This document shows, one piece after another, positions 49,063 to 63,294 of a stretch of 64,000 nt of DNA. Under the pieces are notes generated by a model that did no database searches, was not told the origin of the DNA, and saw only the letters and a program-made list of their open reading frames with translations. Numbering within the stretch: the first letter of the stretch is position 1; every line of letters starts with the position of its first letter. The stretch is from NCBI RefSeq assembly GCF_006345805.1, contig NC_043001.1:79174001-79238000 (forward strand), given 5' to 3'. The translations under genes were made by a program, and so were the position numbers. The stretch is from Octopus sinensis. Its lineage: Eukaryota.

Positions 49063-49989
49063 ATCTTGTGTTCAGTCCAGCTGCTAGTGACTCAAGCTAA
49101 ATTTTTTGATGTTAATCTTGTTCCGTTATTGTTTTTGTTACTAGAGTTATGTTTATAATCTTGTAACTTCTGTTTGTCTCATTGTTGTTGTTTTTCCCCT
49201 TTCTTTCTTGGGCATTATATTGGTGTTTCTCGTTCCATTCGAAATCTCCCTTACATTCTTGACCTTCTTATCGTTGGTAACATTTTTATATTTTCCACCT
49301 CCTAGCGTCTAAATTTTTCTTTTCGTGTTTTTTTTTTTTTGCTGGTTATACCACTGTTAAACTGTTATGTTCGTTTCTGCAGCAGCTGCTGCTATTCTTG
49401 TTGTTTTCATTGTTGATGTTGTTGCTCACGTTGTTATTTACAAGTTGTTTTGCGCCGCCTTGACAAGCAACATCTTCAAGACAGACGACAGCTTAAGTAT
49501 TGCTACAACCACTGTTACCATAACTGTTTCGAACTTCCCCCGTCTCTCTACCCTCACACTCTCTCCAAACGTCAAACTTATTGACATTTTTAATAAAAAA
49601 TATTGTTTTGCTGGCCATCAACGACGGAGTGGGAGGAAATAATTGTACCTTTTATAATTAGGAGAGACACTAAGAATTTTTAACTCCTCATTTTTTTTCT
49701 CTCGTTAATGTCTTAAGCAATCATAACGATAAAAATTAAAATTTTCGTCGGAAACATTTGCGAAAATCGATGTAAACTTATAGAATGTCGTTGTTTATTG
49801 ATCAGAGCATCTTGCATTTGATGATCAGGTTGATGATGATGATGATTAAAAGGAAGAGGAGGATGATGAGAGGGAGGATAATAATAACGATAATGGTGAT
49901 AATGACGATGGCTATAACGGTAACAGTGACGATGGTTATCATAAAAGCAACATCAACAATCACATTAAAAATAAAAATCATTTCTAGTA

Positions 49990-50197
49990 AAGGCAAACAA
50001 CCTGAGATTTTGGGAGATGAGGCTAGTCGAATACATCGAGCCCAGTGCGCGAATGCTCCTTATTGTATCGACCCAGAAAGGATAACAGGAAAAGTCAACC
50101 TCGGTGGAATTTGAAATCAGAACGTAAGCACAAAACGAACGAAATGCTACTAAGAATTTTGCCATGTCTGCTAACGATTCTGCGAAATCGCCGCCTT
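49990..50197 (-). mobile_element. SINE-B, tail 2
   Basis: Head end CGCCGCCTT, B-box region and central block on the minus strand. Confidence 0.8.
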
Positions 50198-50225
50198 AAC
50201 ATTAATAATAGTAATAATAATAATA

Positions 50226-50262
<37 letters not shown>

Positions 50263-50623
50263 CTGTTGTTACTCGTGGACCTTTCCACAATTGGAGTTTA
50301 GGTAACTGAACGAATTTTCAAGAAAACAACGAAATACACAATGTCATTTGAAACTATTTTTAAATGACGTAAAGCCTACATAAGTAGCTCTGAAAGTATA
50401 CACTTCAGAGAAAATATCTTTGAAAATATTCTTTGTTGCATAATTTGCTCTATTTTTTCTTCGATCTCTCAACAAAACTAAACGCCGAGTCTACATCCAT
50501 ATTTTCATAACAGACAGAAGGTCGTATCTCTATCACTGGATTTGAACACACGTTCGAAATGAACGAAGTAACTTAGATGCTGTACACAGCTCTAGATTCA
50601 AATGAATGTACGTTCTTCTTCTA

Positions 50624-50760
50624 GTTCTGACTCCAAATTCCACCAAAGTTGATTTGCCTTTCATTCTTTCGGAGTGAATAAAATAAATACCTGTTAGATC
50701 CTGGCGTTGATGCAATCGATTAAGCCCCTTTCCCGAAATTGTAGCTAAAAGATGAAACCA
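50624..50760 (+). mobile_element. SINE-B partial
   Basis: TTTGCCTTTCATTCTTTCGGAGT central block. Confidence 0.7.
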
Positions 50761-50790
50761 ATACCATATATGTGTAAATATCACACACAC

Positions 50791-50831
<41 letters not shown>

Positions 50832-51477
50832 CACACACACACACGCACACATACTTACACACACACACATGTATGCATGTATGTATCGTATTGTCTACAC
50901 TATAGTAAAAATGTCTTCACGTAATAAACAAATCAAAATACGATGTTTAGAAATTTTGAACAGAATCTAGCTCAATACTCATTTGTGTAGATTATGTAGA
51001 AAAGAAAACAGAATCTGTAATGAACAATAAAAGCTATATAATTATATTCCGGTTTCTATCTAAAGAAATGTAGAAGTAAATTATAATCTTGTAAAATACA
51101 CTCAAACATTCATTGTAAGAGGAAAATTATGCACGATATATGACTTATTTCTTGTCCTCACCACCCCTATTTTATTTCATACCTCTCTCTATTTTGCTTA
51201 TAAAACAGGGAATACTTCCTGACGAATGAGCTTCAAACTCGAATTACGTCACTTCCTTCATATACGTGTACTTAATCTATTGATGCACATTGTTACTTAG
51301 TTTTAAGTAAATTCTATCGAGGACATAGTGTCCGATATTGGAAATATTGAACAAGATTTTGCCTTTATAAATGCGTCATTTCATATGCGGAAACTTCTAG
51401 GGATTGTAATTTTTGTTTTTTAACATGAATTGTACGAATTCTCCTAACTTTTAATTCCATAGCCTAAATGCTGTTAG

Positions 51478-51790
51478 TGGAGGCACATGGCCTAGTGGTT
51501 AGAGTAGCGGACTTGCAGTCGAGAGATCGCGGGTTCGAATCTCAGACCGAGCGATGTGCGTGTTTACGAGCGTAACACCTAAGCTCCACGCAGCTCCTAC
51601 AGAAGGTAATGGTGAACTTCTGCTGACTCTTTCGCCACAACTTTCTCTCACTCTTTCCTTCTACATCATGCAGCTCACCTGCGACGGACCAACCTGCGAC
51701 GTCCAGGTGGGGAACCTATACGCCAAGGAAACCGGGAAACCGGACCTTATGAGACAGGTGTGGCTCAAGAAGGAACAAAGAACAAAGAAC
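51478..51790 (+). mobile_element. Full-length SINE family E
   Basis: A box TGGCCTAGTGG, B box GGTTCGAATCT, body, and tail GAAACCGGGAAACCGG...GAAGGAACAAAGAAC. Confidence 0.9.
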
Positions 51791-52235
51791 ATGACGCTTA
51801 CTGATTTATGTTGCGTAAGGAGGGCAGAAAAAATATTAATCCAGAGGGAATACAAGTCTGCACTGGGACAGAATTTGGTTTTCATCCTTCCGGCTAGATA
51901 AAATGAGTATTTGTTCAGTACGGATGGATTTCATTTTTTAGAAACTCCCCCTAAATTGTGTCAACATTTGAAACTAGTATTACCTAAGGTGGTAAGCTGG
52001 CAGAATTTATACCGCCTCATTACATTGTGATTTCGAATCCGATTGAGGCGGAGTTTGCCTTTCATTGCGTCGTGGCCAATAAAATAAAGTACAAGTAAAA
52101 TAGCGGGATTGATGCAAACAATATAACTCTCACCTCAAAATTTATTCAGGAGTATGTGTTTTCGGTTACTTATGCGTCAAAGATTCCGAATAACCAGACT
52201 TATGAACCCTAAGGCTAAGGAAACAATATACACTA

Positions 52236-52439
52236 TGCGCAGGTAGGGCTGTGCGGTAAGAAGCTTGCTTCCCAAACATATGGCTCCGAGTTAAGTCCTA
52301 CTGCGTGGCGTCTTGGGCAAATGTCTTCTTCTATAGCCTCGGGCCGATCAAAGACGTATGAGTCGATTTGGTAGACGGAAACTGAAGAAAACAATTGTAT
52401 ATATATATATATATATATATAACCATCGTGCATATATAT

Positions 52440-52473
<34 letters not shown>

Positions 52474-52498
52474 GTATATATATATATATATATGTTAT

Positions 52499-52534
<36 letters not shown>

Positions 52535-52690
52535 TATATTATAAATATATAAGTGTATGTGTCTTTGTGTCTGTATTTGTTTCCCACCACCACTAGCTAA
52601 CCGGTGTTGGTGTGTTTACGTCTCAGTAATTATCGGTTTAGCTAAAGAGACCGTTAGAACCAGGCTTTAACAAAATAAGTATTGGTATCC
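52236..52690 (+). mobile_element. SINE-A with expanded internal (TA)n
   Basis: 5' half at 52236-52390, TA tract, 3' half at ~52560-52690. Confidence 0.8.
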
Positions 52691-53519
52691 TTTCAATCTA
52701 GTGAATGAAATACGAAAAAAGATTAAATATACAGGAGCTCTGATAGAAAAATATTCTAATATTTACATATATATTTGAGTAGTTTCAGCAGTCCTCGACA
52801 TATAGGAGAAATTGATTGGAATTTGAGATATTGGCTTTAAAATTTTTCTCGACTTACTGACGCGATCGAACTGGGTGGAAGTCATCTTAATATACTTTAC
52901 GAATGGCATAGCCTAGACCAGTTCATCAACTTTTCATAGCAACCACATTTTAAAGATAGCTTAAGGATTCTAAAAGATTACCCCTACACTGGGTTAGATT
53001 GGTCTTTCTGCCTTCATGTGATCGTTTAGATATCTTGAGCAAAAATAATAAAGGATACGCTAGAAAATACAAAGGGCATCTTAGAGAGGATGCTTCCTTA
53101 AAACATATACTTCACATATATTGTAATCTCGGTGGGGCATTGGAACTGCAATTTGGATTTCACTGTCAAATGTGTAGCTAAAATGAAATTTGTCTGTGAT
53201 TTGATTTTTCTGTCTGAAGCTTTAGAAAATCGATATAGGTAGTGACATAATTATGTATGTTTGTATGCACGTATGTATATGTGTGTATTGATGGATGTAC
53301 GCAGTGATGTGTGCATTTATGTATGGGTATGTATATATTTATATATTTATAGGAACACTATGCAACTATAGTCATATATATTTGAGCGAGTATATATTAT
53401 TCCAAGCGTGTATTGGTATATATAAGGATTAATATACTTAAGTATACATATTGGTAGGTCTGTACGCCTACATTGTGGTACGTTTATTTATTACTTGCTT
53501 GAATATTATTTCACAAGCG

Positions 53520-53633
53520 CCTATATGTGTGTATATATATAATATATATATATATTATATATATATAATATATATATATATACACCTATATAACATATAT
53601 ATATATACCTATATATGTATATATAGGTATATA

Positions 53634-53679
<46 letters not shown>

Positions 53680-53740
53680 ATATATATATATATACACCTA
53701 TATATACATATATATATACCTATATATGTATAATAGGTTA

Positions 53741-53789
<49 letters not shown>

Positions 53790-53926
53790 ATATAAATGAT
53801 AAACCGAGAGATAGAATAAATATATAAATAATTAGATGAATATATATATATATAGAGAGAGAGGAGAGAGAGAAGAGAAGAGAGAGAAAGTATAGAGAGA
53901 TAGAGATAGAGATAGATAGATATAAG

Positions 53927-53977
<51 letters not shown>

Positions 53978-54479
53978 CAGACAGAGAAATGCATGTAAGT
54001 ATGTGTGTATTCCGAATCTTTCCACATATACAGAAAGTTCTAATATGTTTAGATTGCAAAATATCGCAATATCATAAATCGTGTGATGAGTTTTAATATG
54101 TGCAGGAAAAACTTCTGTTAAGTGTTCTGTTATTACAGTCAATATAATGCCACACACACACACGCTTAATATCCATGAAAATACTTACATATATAAAAAC
54201 GCACACACAAAGACACACACACACACACACACACACTCACACACACAAACACACACACACTCACACGCACACACAAAGGAATAGATAGATATAGAAATAG
54301 ACTGATAGTTACACAAATACAGGCATATAGACATACATACATACACACATATTTAAATGTATATTATGGTGTGAGAATACGTATACAGGCCACTAATGTA
54401 TGCAGAGAATATGTATGTGCAAATTCAATGTATATATATAAGTGCATTTATATATATATGTATATATATATATACATGC

Positions 54480-54546
<67 letters not shown>

Positions 54547-54557
54547 TATATATATGC

Positions 54558-54612
<55 letters not shown>

Positions 54613-54876
54613 TATATATATATATATATATGCATATATACATATGCATATATATATATTAATATATAGATATACATGAGATACATATATTGGATATAGT
54701 TATCAATTATGTGGTGTTTAAGATATATATATATAATATGTATATATATATACATTTATATATATATATTGGTATTGATATACTTATGTGTGTATGTATG
54801 TACGTATATTTCTATATCTTTATTTATACGGATATGTATCTATATATGTTTCTTTATCTCTCTATCTATCTATCTA

Positions 54877-54943
<67 letters not shown>

Positions 54944-55108
54944 CCTACCTATCCACCTACCCATCTATCTATCTCTCTCTATATATGCATATACATATAA
55001 ATAGATACATGGATGGGTGGGCCGATAGATAGATAGATGGACATAGATAGATATACATCCACGACAATATGTAGAGTACATGTGCATTCATACGTACATG
55101 AACGCGCA

Positions 55109-55185
<77 letters not shown>

Positions 55186-55731
55186 TTATGTATATGTATA
55201 TATATATATTTATATTTATATATATATATATACATATGTATATATACTTTCATGTTCATGCATATAGAAGGATAGCTATAGATATGTATAAATACACACA
55301 TCATTACTTGAGTCTGTAAGTATGTAAACAATTACATAGCTACTTTTTTCTTTTTACTTTCTAATACGCTTATGGAAACTTGATTGAATTATTTGTTAGA
55401 TTACGAACGAAGGCACCATATTTTGTAGTGAGTGGAATATGGTAAACGTGGGTATATAATCGGATTGAAGATGTATAAGTTGCCAGAGGTGTATTGGTGA
55501 CTGCAAGTATCTGAAACAAGTTTGTAATCAGTGACTATAAATCTATACTGGCTAATCACGAAATTTGGCTGTCTGAACAGTTTGACGATCTATACAATTG
55601 GTTATTTGGTACAGCTGACACAGACGCTGTGAGAAACGTATGTGTGTGTGTGTGCGTGTATGTGTGCATAAGGTAGATATTTGCATATACATATTTATAT
55701 ACGAATATATTTACAAATATGCTATATATAT

Positions 55732-55782
<51 letters not shown>

Positions 55783-55790
55783 CTATATGT

Positions 55791-55825
<35 letters not shown>

Positions 55826-55870
55826 CATATATGCATACCTATATGTTTTATTTATGTGTGTGTATGCATG
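53520..55870. repeat. Large (TA)n/(GATA)n/(CA)n/(TATC)n microsatellite field
   Basis: Direct; short unique islands at ~53990-54150 and 55300-55630. Confidence 0.9.
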
Positions 55871-56283
55871 TATGTATGTGTGTGTGTGTGTTTGTCCGTG
55901 CGCATTATCTTGAGAACCGTCAACAGAAATTTCTCGTTTACTAAATTAATGTGTCCGCTATGTTATATATTAACAGAGCAGCAATCGTAACTTGTTTCTT
56001 ATCCTTTTCTAAAATTCTTTCTCTATGTGAAACAACCTAGTATTCTCTACGTTGCTATTGTACAGTCGACTACTCTCAAATCCCTCTTAGTGTCGCATTG
56101 CGTAGACTTTACATTGAACATGAAAATGAACATCGTCCGAAGATATGACTTTAATTCCTCTTTCGACAGCCAAGTTCCTGATATGATTTAAATCGTTAAG
56201 GAAGTATCTTTGATTAAAGTGAGCTTAGCGCGGATTTTTAAATATATTCAACCTTCCATTTACTGGCACTTACGACGACAAGT

Positions 56284-56565
56284 TTTCCAGACGATCCATT
56301 TCCCCAAATAGCCTGCTCGTGAAATAAACGTGGAACTTAATGAACTCTCCTCAAACACGTTACATTTAACGTAGTCCTCAGGGAGATTGAACGTGGCACA
56401 GAAGGTGACGAGGCTGGATCTTTGTATTACAGGTGCAACTCATTCTTGCTTGTGCGAGTGAACTGGGGCTATGTGGATAAATTATCTTTCTCAAGGACAA
56501 CGCACTGCTAGGACTCGAACTCAAATACCGGCTCACCTATCCTAATTACTAAGCCACATGCCTTC
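56284..56565 (-). mobile_element. SINE family D
   Basis: Aligns with 38104-38436 (GCCTGCTCGTG..ATTAACGT...AACGTAGT). Confidence 0.75.
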
Positions 56566-56623
56566 TATTAGCACGTTCCTCTGCGAGAACATTCTCAAAT
56601 TTGAGTCATTTAAAAAAAAAAAA

Positions 56624-56922
56624 CATTCACAAGAAGACAAAGATTAATCAATAATTCAACTGTGTAACAGGAATTGTGTCTTTCGGTAGCTACTGTTGTT
56701 TCCTATTGTCTTACCCATAGAAAGTATGAAAAATAGCAAATATTTCTTTCGAACTTTCCTTTTGTTACATGTATTATAACCCCAAAGAATTCCTCTCAAC
56801 ACATGGCTATGATGCAGCCCCACTACTCCTACATATCACCAGAAATGCTCTAAAGACTTGCTTAAGTGGTTAAGATCAAGCAACTGACAAGCAAATCTGT
56901 AATATTGAGCAGAATATTTGCT
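56624..56922. mobile_element. F-related chimeric repeat, copy a
   Basis: 56778-56922 matches the central-distal module of F; the left part matches 57858-58010. Confidence 0.7.
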
Positions 56923-57327
56923 ATAACAATATTTCTGCTTCAGCAACTCAGTACTGAAATGTAATGGAAAATAGGTCAATTACAAAACATTGATATCTAG
57001 GTCACAAAAGCAAAGTGTAAAGGGAATAGTAGTTGTTTCCTTTGATTTCCAGATAGACGCAAGTAGGAAATAACACTTACTGACTAAAGACTAAAAAAAT
57101 ATAACTATTTTTGTACAGTGTTCTCAAAGGATTATATATATTCGAATATAATAAGGCACCGAAGAATTTGCAAGCAGGAGTTTTTACGGAAATGTCATAA
57201 TGAAGAAATGATAGCAGAATTAACATGCAAGTGAAAAAAAAAAATTCACTTGATATATATATGACTGTGCATGTGTGTGATGTGCGTGTGTACGTGATGT
57301 GTGAGTATGTGTGTATATCTATCAATT

Positions 57328-57358
<31 letters not shown>

Positions 57359-57421
57359 ATTTATCTGTCTATCTATGTATGTATCTATCTATCCATGTAT
57401 ATATTAATACATATATATATA

Positions 57422-57459
<38 letters not shown>

Positions 57460-57544
57460 TATATATATATCTTTGTATGTATGTGTGTCTGTATGTATAT
57501 GGATATATACATATGGATATATATATATATGTGTGTGTGTATGT

Positions 57545-57789
57545 GGAAGCGCGTGGCTTAGTTGTTAGGGTGTTGAACTCATGATCGTAAGGTTGTGGAT
57601 TCGATTCCTGGACCGGTCGATGCGTTGTGTTCTTGAGCAAAACACTTCATTTCACCTTGCTCCAGTCCACTCAGTTGGCAAAAATGAGTAATTCTGCGAC
57701 GGACCGGCGTCTCGTCCATTGAGGAATTTCTATGCTATTGAAACCGGGAAACCGGCCCTTATGAGCCTGGCATGGCTCTAGAAGGAACA
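57545..57789 (+). mobile_element. SINE with family-D head/CORE-like block and family-E tail
   Basis: Head like 37893; tail GCGACGGACCGGCGTC...GAAACCGGGAAACCGGCCC...GAAGGAAC like 33374 and 51478. Confidence 0.85.
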
Positions 57790-57802
57790 TTTATTATATA
57801 TG

Positions 57803-57842
<40 letters not shown>

Positions 57843-57857
57843 GTAATGTTGTGTGAT

Positions 57858-58172
57858 ATTCACAAGAAGAAGACAAAGGTCAGATTAATCAATAATAAAA
57901 CAGTGTAACAGGATTGTTAGCCACGGTTGTTTCTTATCTGTTTACCCGTAGAAAGTATGAAAAATAGCTAAGATTTCTTTCAAACTTTGCTTTTGTTACG
58001 TTTATTCAAAGCCCCCAAAATTCCTCTCAACACAAGGCTATGGTACTTTCCCACTACTCCTACTCCTGATCAGAGATGCACATATTGTCGGCCACTAAAG
58101 GACATGTTTAAATGGCTAAGTTCAAACAAATGACAAACAAGTCTCTCGTATCAAGCAGTGCAGAATATTTGC
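57858..58172. mobile_element. F-related chimeric repeat, copy b
   Basis: Same two-module layout as 56624-56922. Confidence 0.7.
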
Positions 58173-58539
58173 ACCAAGTCACACGATAACAGGCTGAAAA
58201 TATTATTTTTCCAAACAGCGATATAAAGCTTGGTTGTATATAAAAAAATAACTTCAAGTATCTGTCGAAATATTAGAGAAAAGATTTTCGCTTACTGTCC
58301 CCACATGGATATTATCTTCTTCGGTTGGGAAATTTCACGAAAGGCGTATTAGTGTCATTCAAAGGTAAGGATGGAGTGGGATGTTTTACATAAAATGCAT
58401 AATGTTATCTGCAATATGCAGGGCACTTCCAAACAGCTGTTAAGATGTCACTAAATAATGCGTAATTATGTAACACTACATATAATTGTATACAAATATA
58501 TCAATGTATCTGTCATTCTTTCTGTCTGTCATTCCCTCT

Positions 58540-59020
<481 letters not shown>

Positions 59021-60250
59021 ACTAAAGTTTCATGTTTCGGAGGAAATGTGCTAATATAACGCTGGGACGAATATACTTGTACATCTATTCTTGCTAAATA
59101 TGCTGACCTTTGCTATTCTCCATGTCGAAAACACGTGGTCTTCGACACTGTTTTATTTATCACAAACACATAATATTGACTGCGTCTGTATAAGTGTACC
59201 CGTCTGAGATTTGAAATGACATTTGTTATATGAAACGTAAATTGCGCCAAGGCCAGAACATTATTGCAACAACCGTTTTGTTGACACAATTTAGTATATA
59301 AATACTATCAGAAAATAATAAATTGAATACGATGGTATATTGGTTTTTGTTATCGTTTTACTCTAAATTATATTGATATGAAGTCTCTGAAACAATGTCA
59401 GCATAATCACATTACCGTTCCTGTTAAGGTAACACTATAGAGTATGAAATTTTGAAGCCAAGTGTACTCAGACCTCGTTATCACTGTGTTACGATACAGC
59501 GACTGGGGAGATTCAATATATAAGCTACGAGAAAATTGAAATATTACTTAAACAACAAAATTATACTTCAATATCTGCAGCACTTTTCTTCTCTTTCATT
59601 ATTATTATATATTCAACATAAATATATATTCTATTATACTATTATTATTTTTTTCCAATATGTGATATTTTGAATTTCTTATTCTCATGGGAACGGAAGT
59701 TGTATACGTATGTAAGCCGGTCTCAATTATATAGGCGTTGTTCTATTTGTATGTAGGTATACGAAATGCATGTACGTAACTTTATAGAGTGCGTCTGTGT
59801 GCATGTGTGTATATCTGTGTGTATATGCATGTGTGGGTGTCTGTGTGTGTTTGTAATTAGGAATAAGCTACATTTTATCACACATATTATTTATTTCTTA
59901 GCGTGACACATCATATATTCTATTGTCCTGGGATTGAATGCTTATGGTGCATGTGTGTGTGTATGCTTGTATTATGTATGTGGGTGAGTATGTTTGTGTA
60001 CGTGTGTGCGCGCGTGTGTTCGTGCGTGGGTGCGTGAAATAATGAAATATTTATTTTCAAGATATAAAGAAAATATTTCTGTGCAACCACTTAGCAAAGT
60101 GCCCAGTGAAAATGGAAGACTGAAGTTTCAAAGTGATAAAATATAAACATAAGAAAGTAGCTAAAACACTAGATTTATGAGCCATAATACAGACACATTT
60201 TCTCATATATAGATGCATTTATTATACATACATATATATATATGTTTATT

Positions 60251-61127
60251 CTTGTTCTGATTAATAAGTATCCGGATTGCTGCTCTAGTAACAACGCTAA
60301 AGCGCTCAGAGTAAAGCTGCTTGGCAAAAATTAACCATGGGCACTGCTGCGCCTGTGCACTAAGTTTCAACATTCTAGCTCACTTCCGTTGTATACAGCA
60401 ATGCTTGAAATGAAGGTGTGTAATGTGCGATCGTCTCATTGACCATGACAGAAGTTTTCCCGGTGATACCTGCTCAGACGCCTACGCAAAGTTGTTGAAA
60501 ATGTATAGAGAGGAGTGAATGAATGCACACAAGTGTACGAGTTGCCCAGACGTTTCCAAGCTGGCCGAAAAATGTTGATATTGACGAACATTGTGGGAGA
60601 CCCGCTACCAGCAGAACTGAGAAAAATATCGAAAATGCGCGTGCATTTGTGAAGGAAAATCGTTGAATCACCATCCACGATTTATCAGAGGATGTGCAGA
60701 TTAGTTACGTTTCAATTCAGTCCATTATCACTGAAGATTTGGGTATGATACGCGTGTCTGCGCAGTTTGTCCCAAAACTGCATTCAAATGAGCAAAATCA
60801 CACTCGGGTTTCTGTTGCACAAGATCTCCTTGATTGTGCCGAGAACAATGAAAACATTTTGAAAACTTTGCGTAGCCCTTTGACTAGAAATTGCTAAGCT
60901 TTTGGCAAAATTTGATGCAGACTATCTGCTCAGGTTTCTCTGTCATGGTCAATGCGACGATCACACGCTACACGCGTTCTTTCAAAGCTCTACTGTAAAC
61001 AGCAGAAATGCGCTAGAGCGTTATATCTTAGTGCGCATGCACTACAGATTTCCAGGTGGCTTCACTCTGCGCGCTTTAGCTTCGTTAATATGACAACAGT
61101 CCGGATAATTATTGATCAGACCACGTA
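60251..61127 (+). mobile_element. Mariner derivative: 5' end + N-terminal transposase half + inverted second 5' end
   Basis: Plus-strand decayed ORF GDTCSDAYAKLLKMY...GRPATSRTE...RVSAQFVPKL...DLLDCAENNENILKT. 60900-61125 is an inverted copy of the TIR/UTR/start (MTEKPEQIVCIKFCQK on minus). TA at 61126-27. Confidence 0.85.
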
Positions 61128-61150
61128 CACGCGAATATATTCATACTTAT

Positions 61151-61188
<38 letters not shown>

Positions 61189-61342
61189 TTTATATATATA
61201 TAAATATTATTATGTATGTAGAAATACACGCACACATACACACACATATATATACACACATATATTTATATACACGTATCTATATATATATATATATAAT
61301 TGTATATACAATTATTCATAATATACAATTATTCATAATTGT

Positions 61343-61443
61343 AGTGTCCTACGCTGATGAGAAAAGAAGTTGGGTAAGACATAATTATCTAAATCTTATT
61401 CCTTCCTAAAACTTAATTTCGAAACGTACGTCCGTAGGTGACT
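61343..61443 (+). ncRNA. Type I hammerhead ribozyme fold with extended stem II (HHR2)
   Basis: Stem I CCTACG/CGTAGG; CTGATGA 61354-60; stem II GAAA/TTTC, AAGTT/AACTT, GGGTAAGA/TCTTATTC; GAAA 61421-24; palindromic CGTACG; GTC cleavage after 61432. Confidence 0.8.
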
Positions 61444-61529
61444 TAAAATTATATATATATATATATATGTAAATATATATACATATAAATAAATATATGC
61501 ATACATACATACATATATATGTGTGTATA

Positions 61530-61580
<51 letters not shown>

Positions 61581-62024
61581 GTGAGCACCCAAATTCTCAC
61601 TCACACACGCATATGCAAATATGCTATAAAACTAGAAACGTAGCTAGTAAAAGTACAAATACACTACGCTAGTGTATTTTAATTTATTTTTATTATTTTC
61701 CCTTTGAATTGCTTGTTTGTTTGACTTACTTTTTGGTCAACCTCTTTTTGTTGGTGCTCCACATATTTTATTCAACTGGATACTATACTGCAGAGCTGAT
61801 ATGAATTTGATCTATATATGCTGTAGATCTTTATGGTCTATTTGAATCTATGGACTTTGATATCCTTCCCTCTTGCCATACCGGTTAAAGAGTAGGTGTG
61901 TAAGATTGTAAGTATGCATGGTTTATGCATGTCAACATGTGTACATACACATGTATACTATGTTTTGCTGAAAATCCCGTAATGTGGGTAAAAGAAAATA
62001 AAGCAGGATCCATTAATTATGAAT

Positions 62025-62155
62025 TTATTCAACATATTGCCCTCCCAGATTCACACACTTATCGAAGCGGTCCTTCACTTTTTCTAAGACCTGTAAATAA
62101 ACTCGGAAACTTGGGCCTACAACCTGGTCTTTCGCGATACCCTTTTCATCACCAC
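62025..62155 (-). mobile_element. Mariner transposase C-terminal remnant
   Basis: ...EKVKDRFDKCVNLGGQYVE* matches the mariner end motif RW.KC....G.YVE*. Confidence 0.8.
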
Positions 62156-62159
62156 TTCT

Positions 62160-62613
62160 ATATCACACACACACACTATCACACATAGACACACACACAC
62201 ACAAACACACGCACACACACACATATATATGCATAAATATATATATCATCATCGAATCGTTCACTTTTGTGAACCAGAAAATACAATGCAAGCTGACGTA
62301 AATTGCAGGGTACACACTGCCTTCTATCATGTGGAGTTGTCAATCAATGAATTCCAATTTGCTACTAGCGTATATATTCCCTTCAGATGAACTGCCTCAA
62401 GGTGGACGTAATATTCTCCCAAAGGGGGCATTTAAACATTTCTTTTAGGTTCTTTTGAATCCGTTTGTCTAAGGACGTTCATCGGCCACGCAAATTTAAG
62501 TGAAGTACAGATATATACAAGTGTTTTTACATATGCAAAGCACTAAATCTTCTGTAAAACTTTCTTTTCGTTGTTCCTTTTCTGTACATGAATGTGCGTG
62601 TTTGTGTTTCGTA

Positions 62614-62660
<47 letters not shown>

Positions 62661-62964
62661 ATAAAACGTAAGAAGCAAAGAAAGAAAGAGACCCAATATT
62701 ATGTAAATAGAGGAAATAGCCAGATAACCGAAGAGATGGTGTTGTGGATTTCCACTTCGGCATCTGAAATCAGGTTTTATCTTGAATACTGAGTAATGTA
62801 CATATTGTATAGATATATATTATAAATATATATATATATATATATATTTACTGGTTGTGCCCCAGAATAACACAGGCATAGAGCTGAAACATATAAAAGA
62901 AATATGTGTGTGTGCTGTTTGTGGTGTGTGTGTGTGTATCCTGTGTGTTATATATATATATTAC

Positions 62965-63001
<37 letters not shown>

Positions 63002-63228
63002 ATACATATGTATACACACACACACATATATATATACTATAAATGTAGAAGGAAATATCTATATTATAATACAATACATGTTTATATATATATATATATA
63101 TACATACACACACAAAGATCTAAATATAGATATTTGGTGTGCGGTAATAATATATATATATATATGGAGAGAGAGATAAAAGACACAGAAACAGACAGAC
63201 TGAGATAAAATAGATAGATAGATAGAGT

Positions 63229-63294
<66 letters not shown>

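Noticed and set aside
51478-51555. Possible tRNA gene
   Set aside because: A and B boxes are present, but the acceptor and anticodon stems do not close and the sequence runs into a SINE body also found at 33374.
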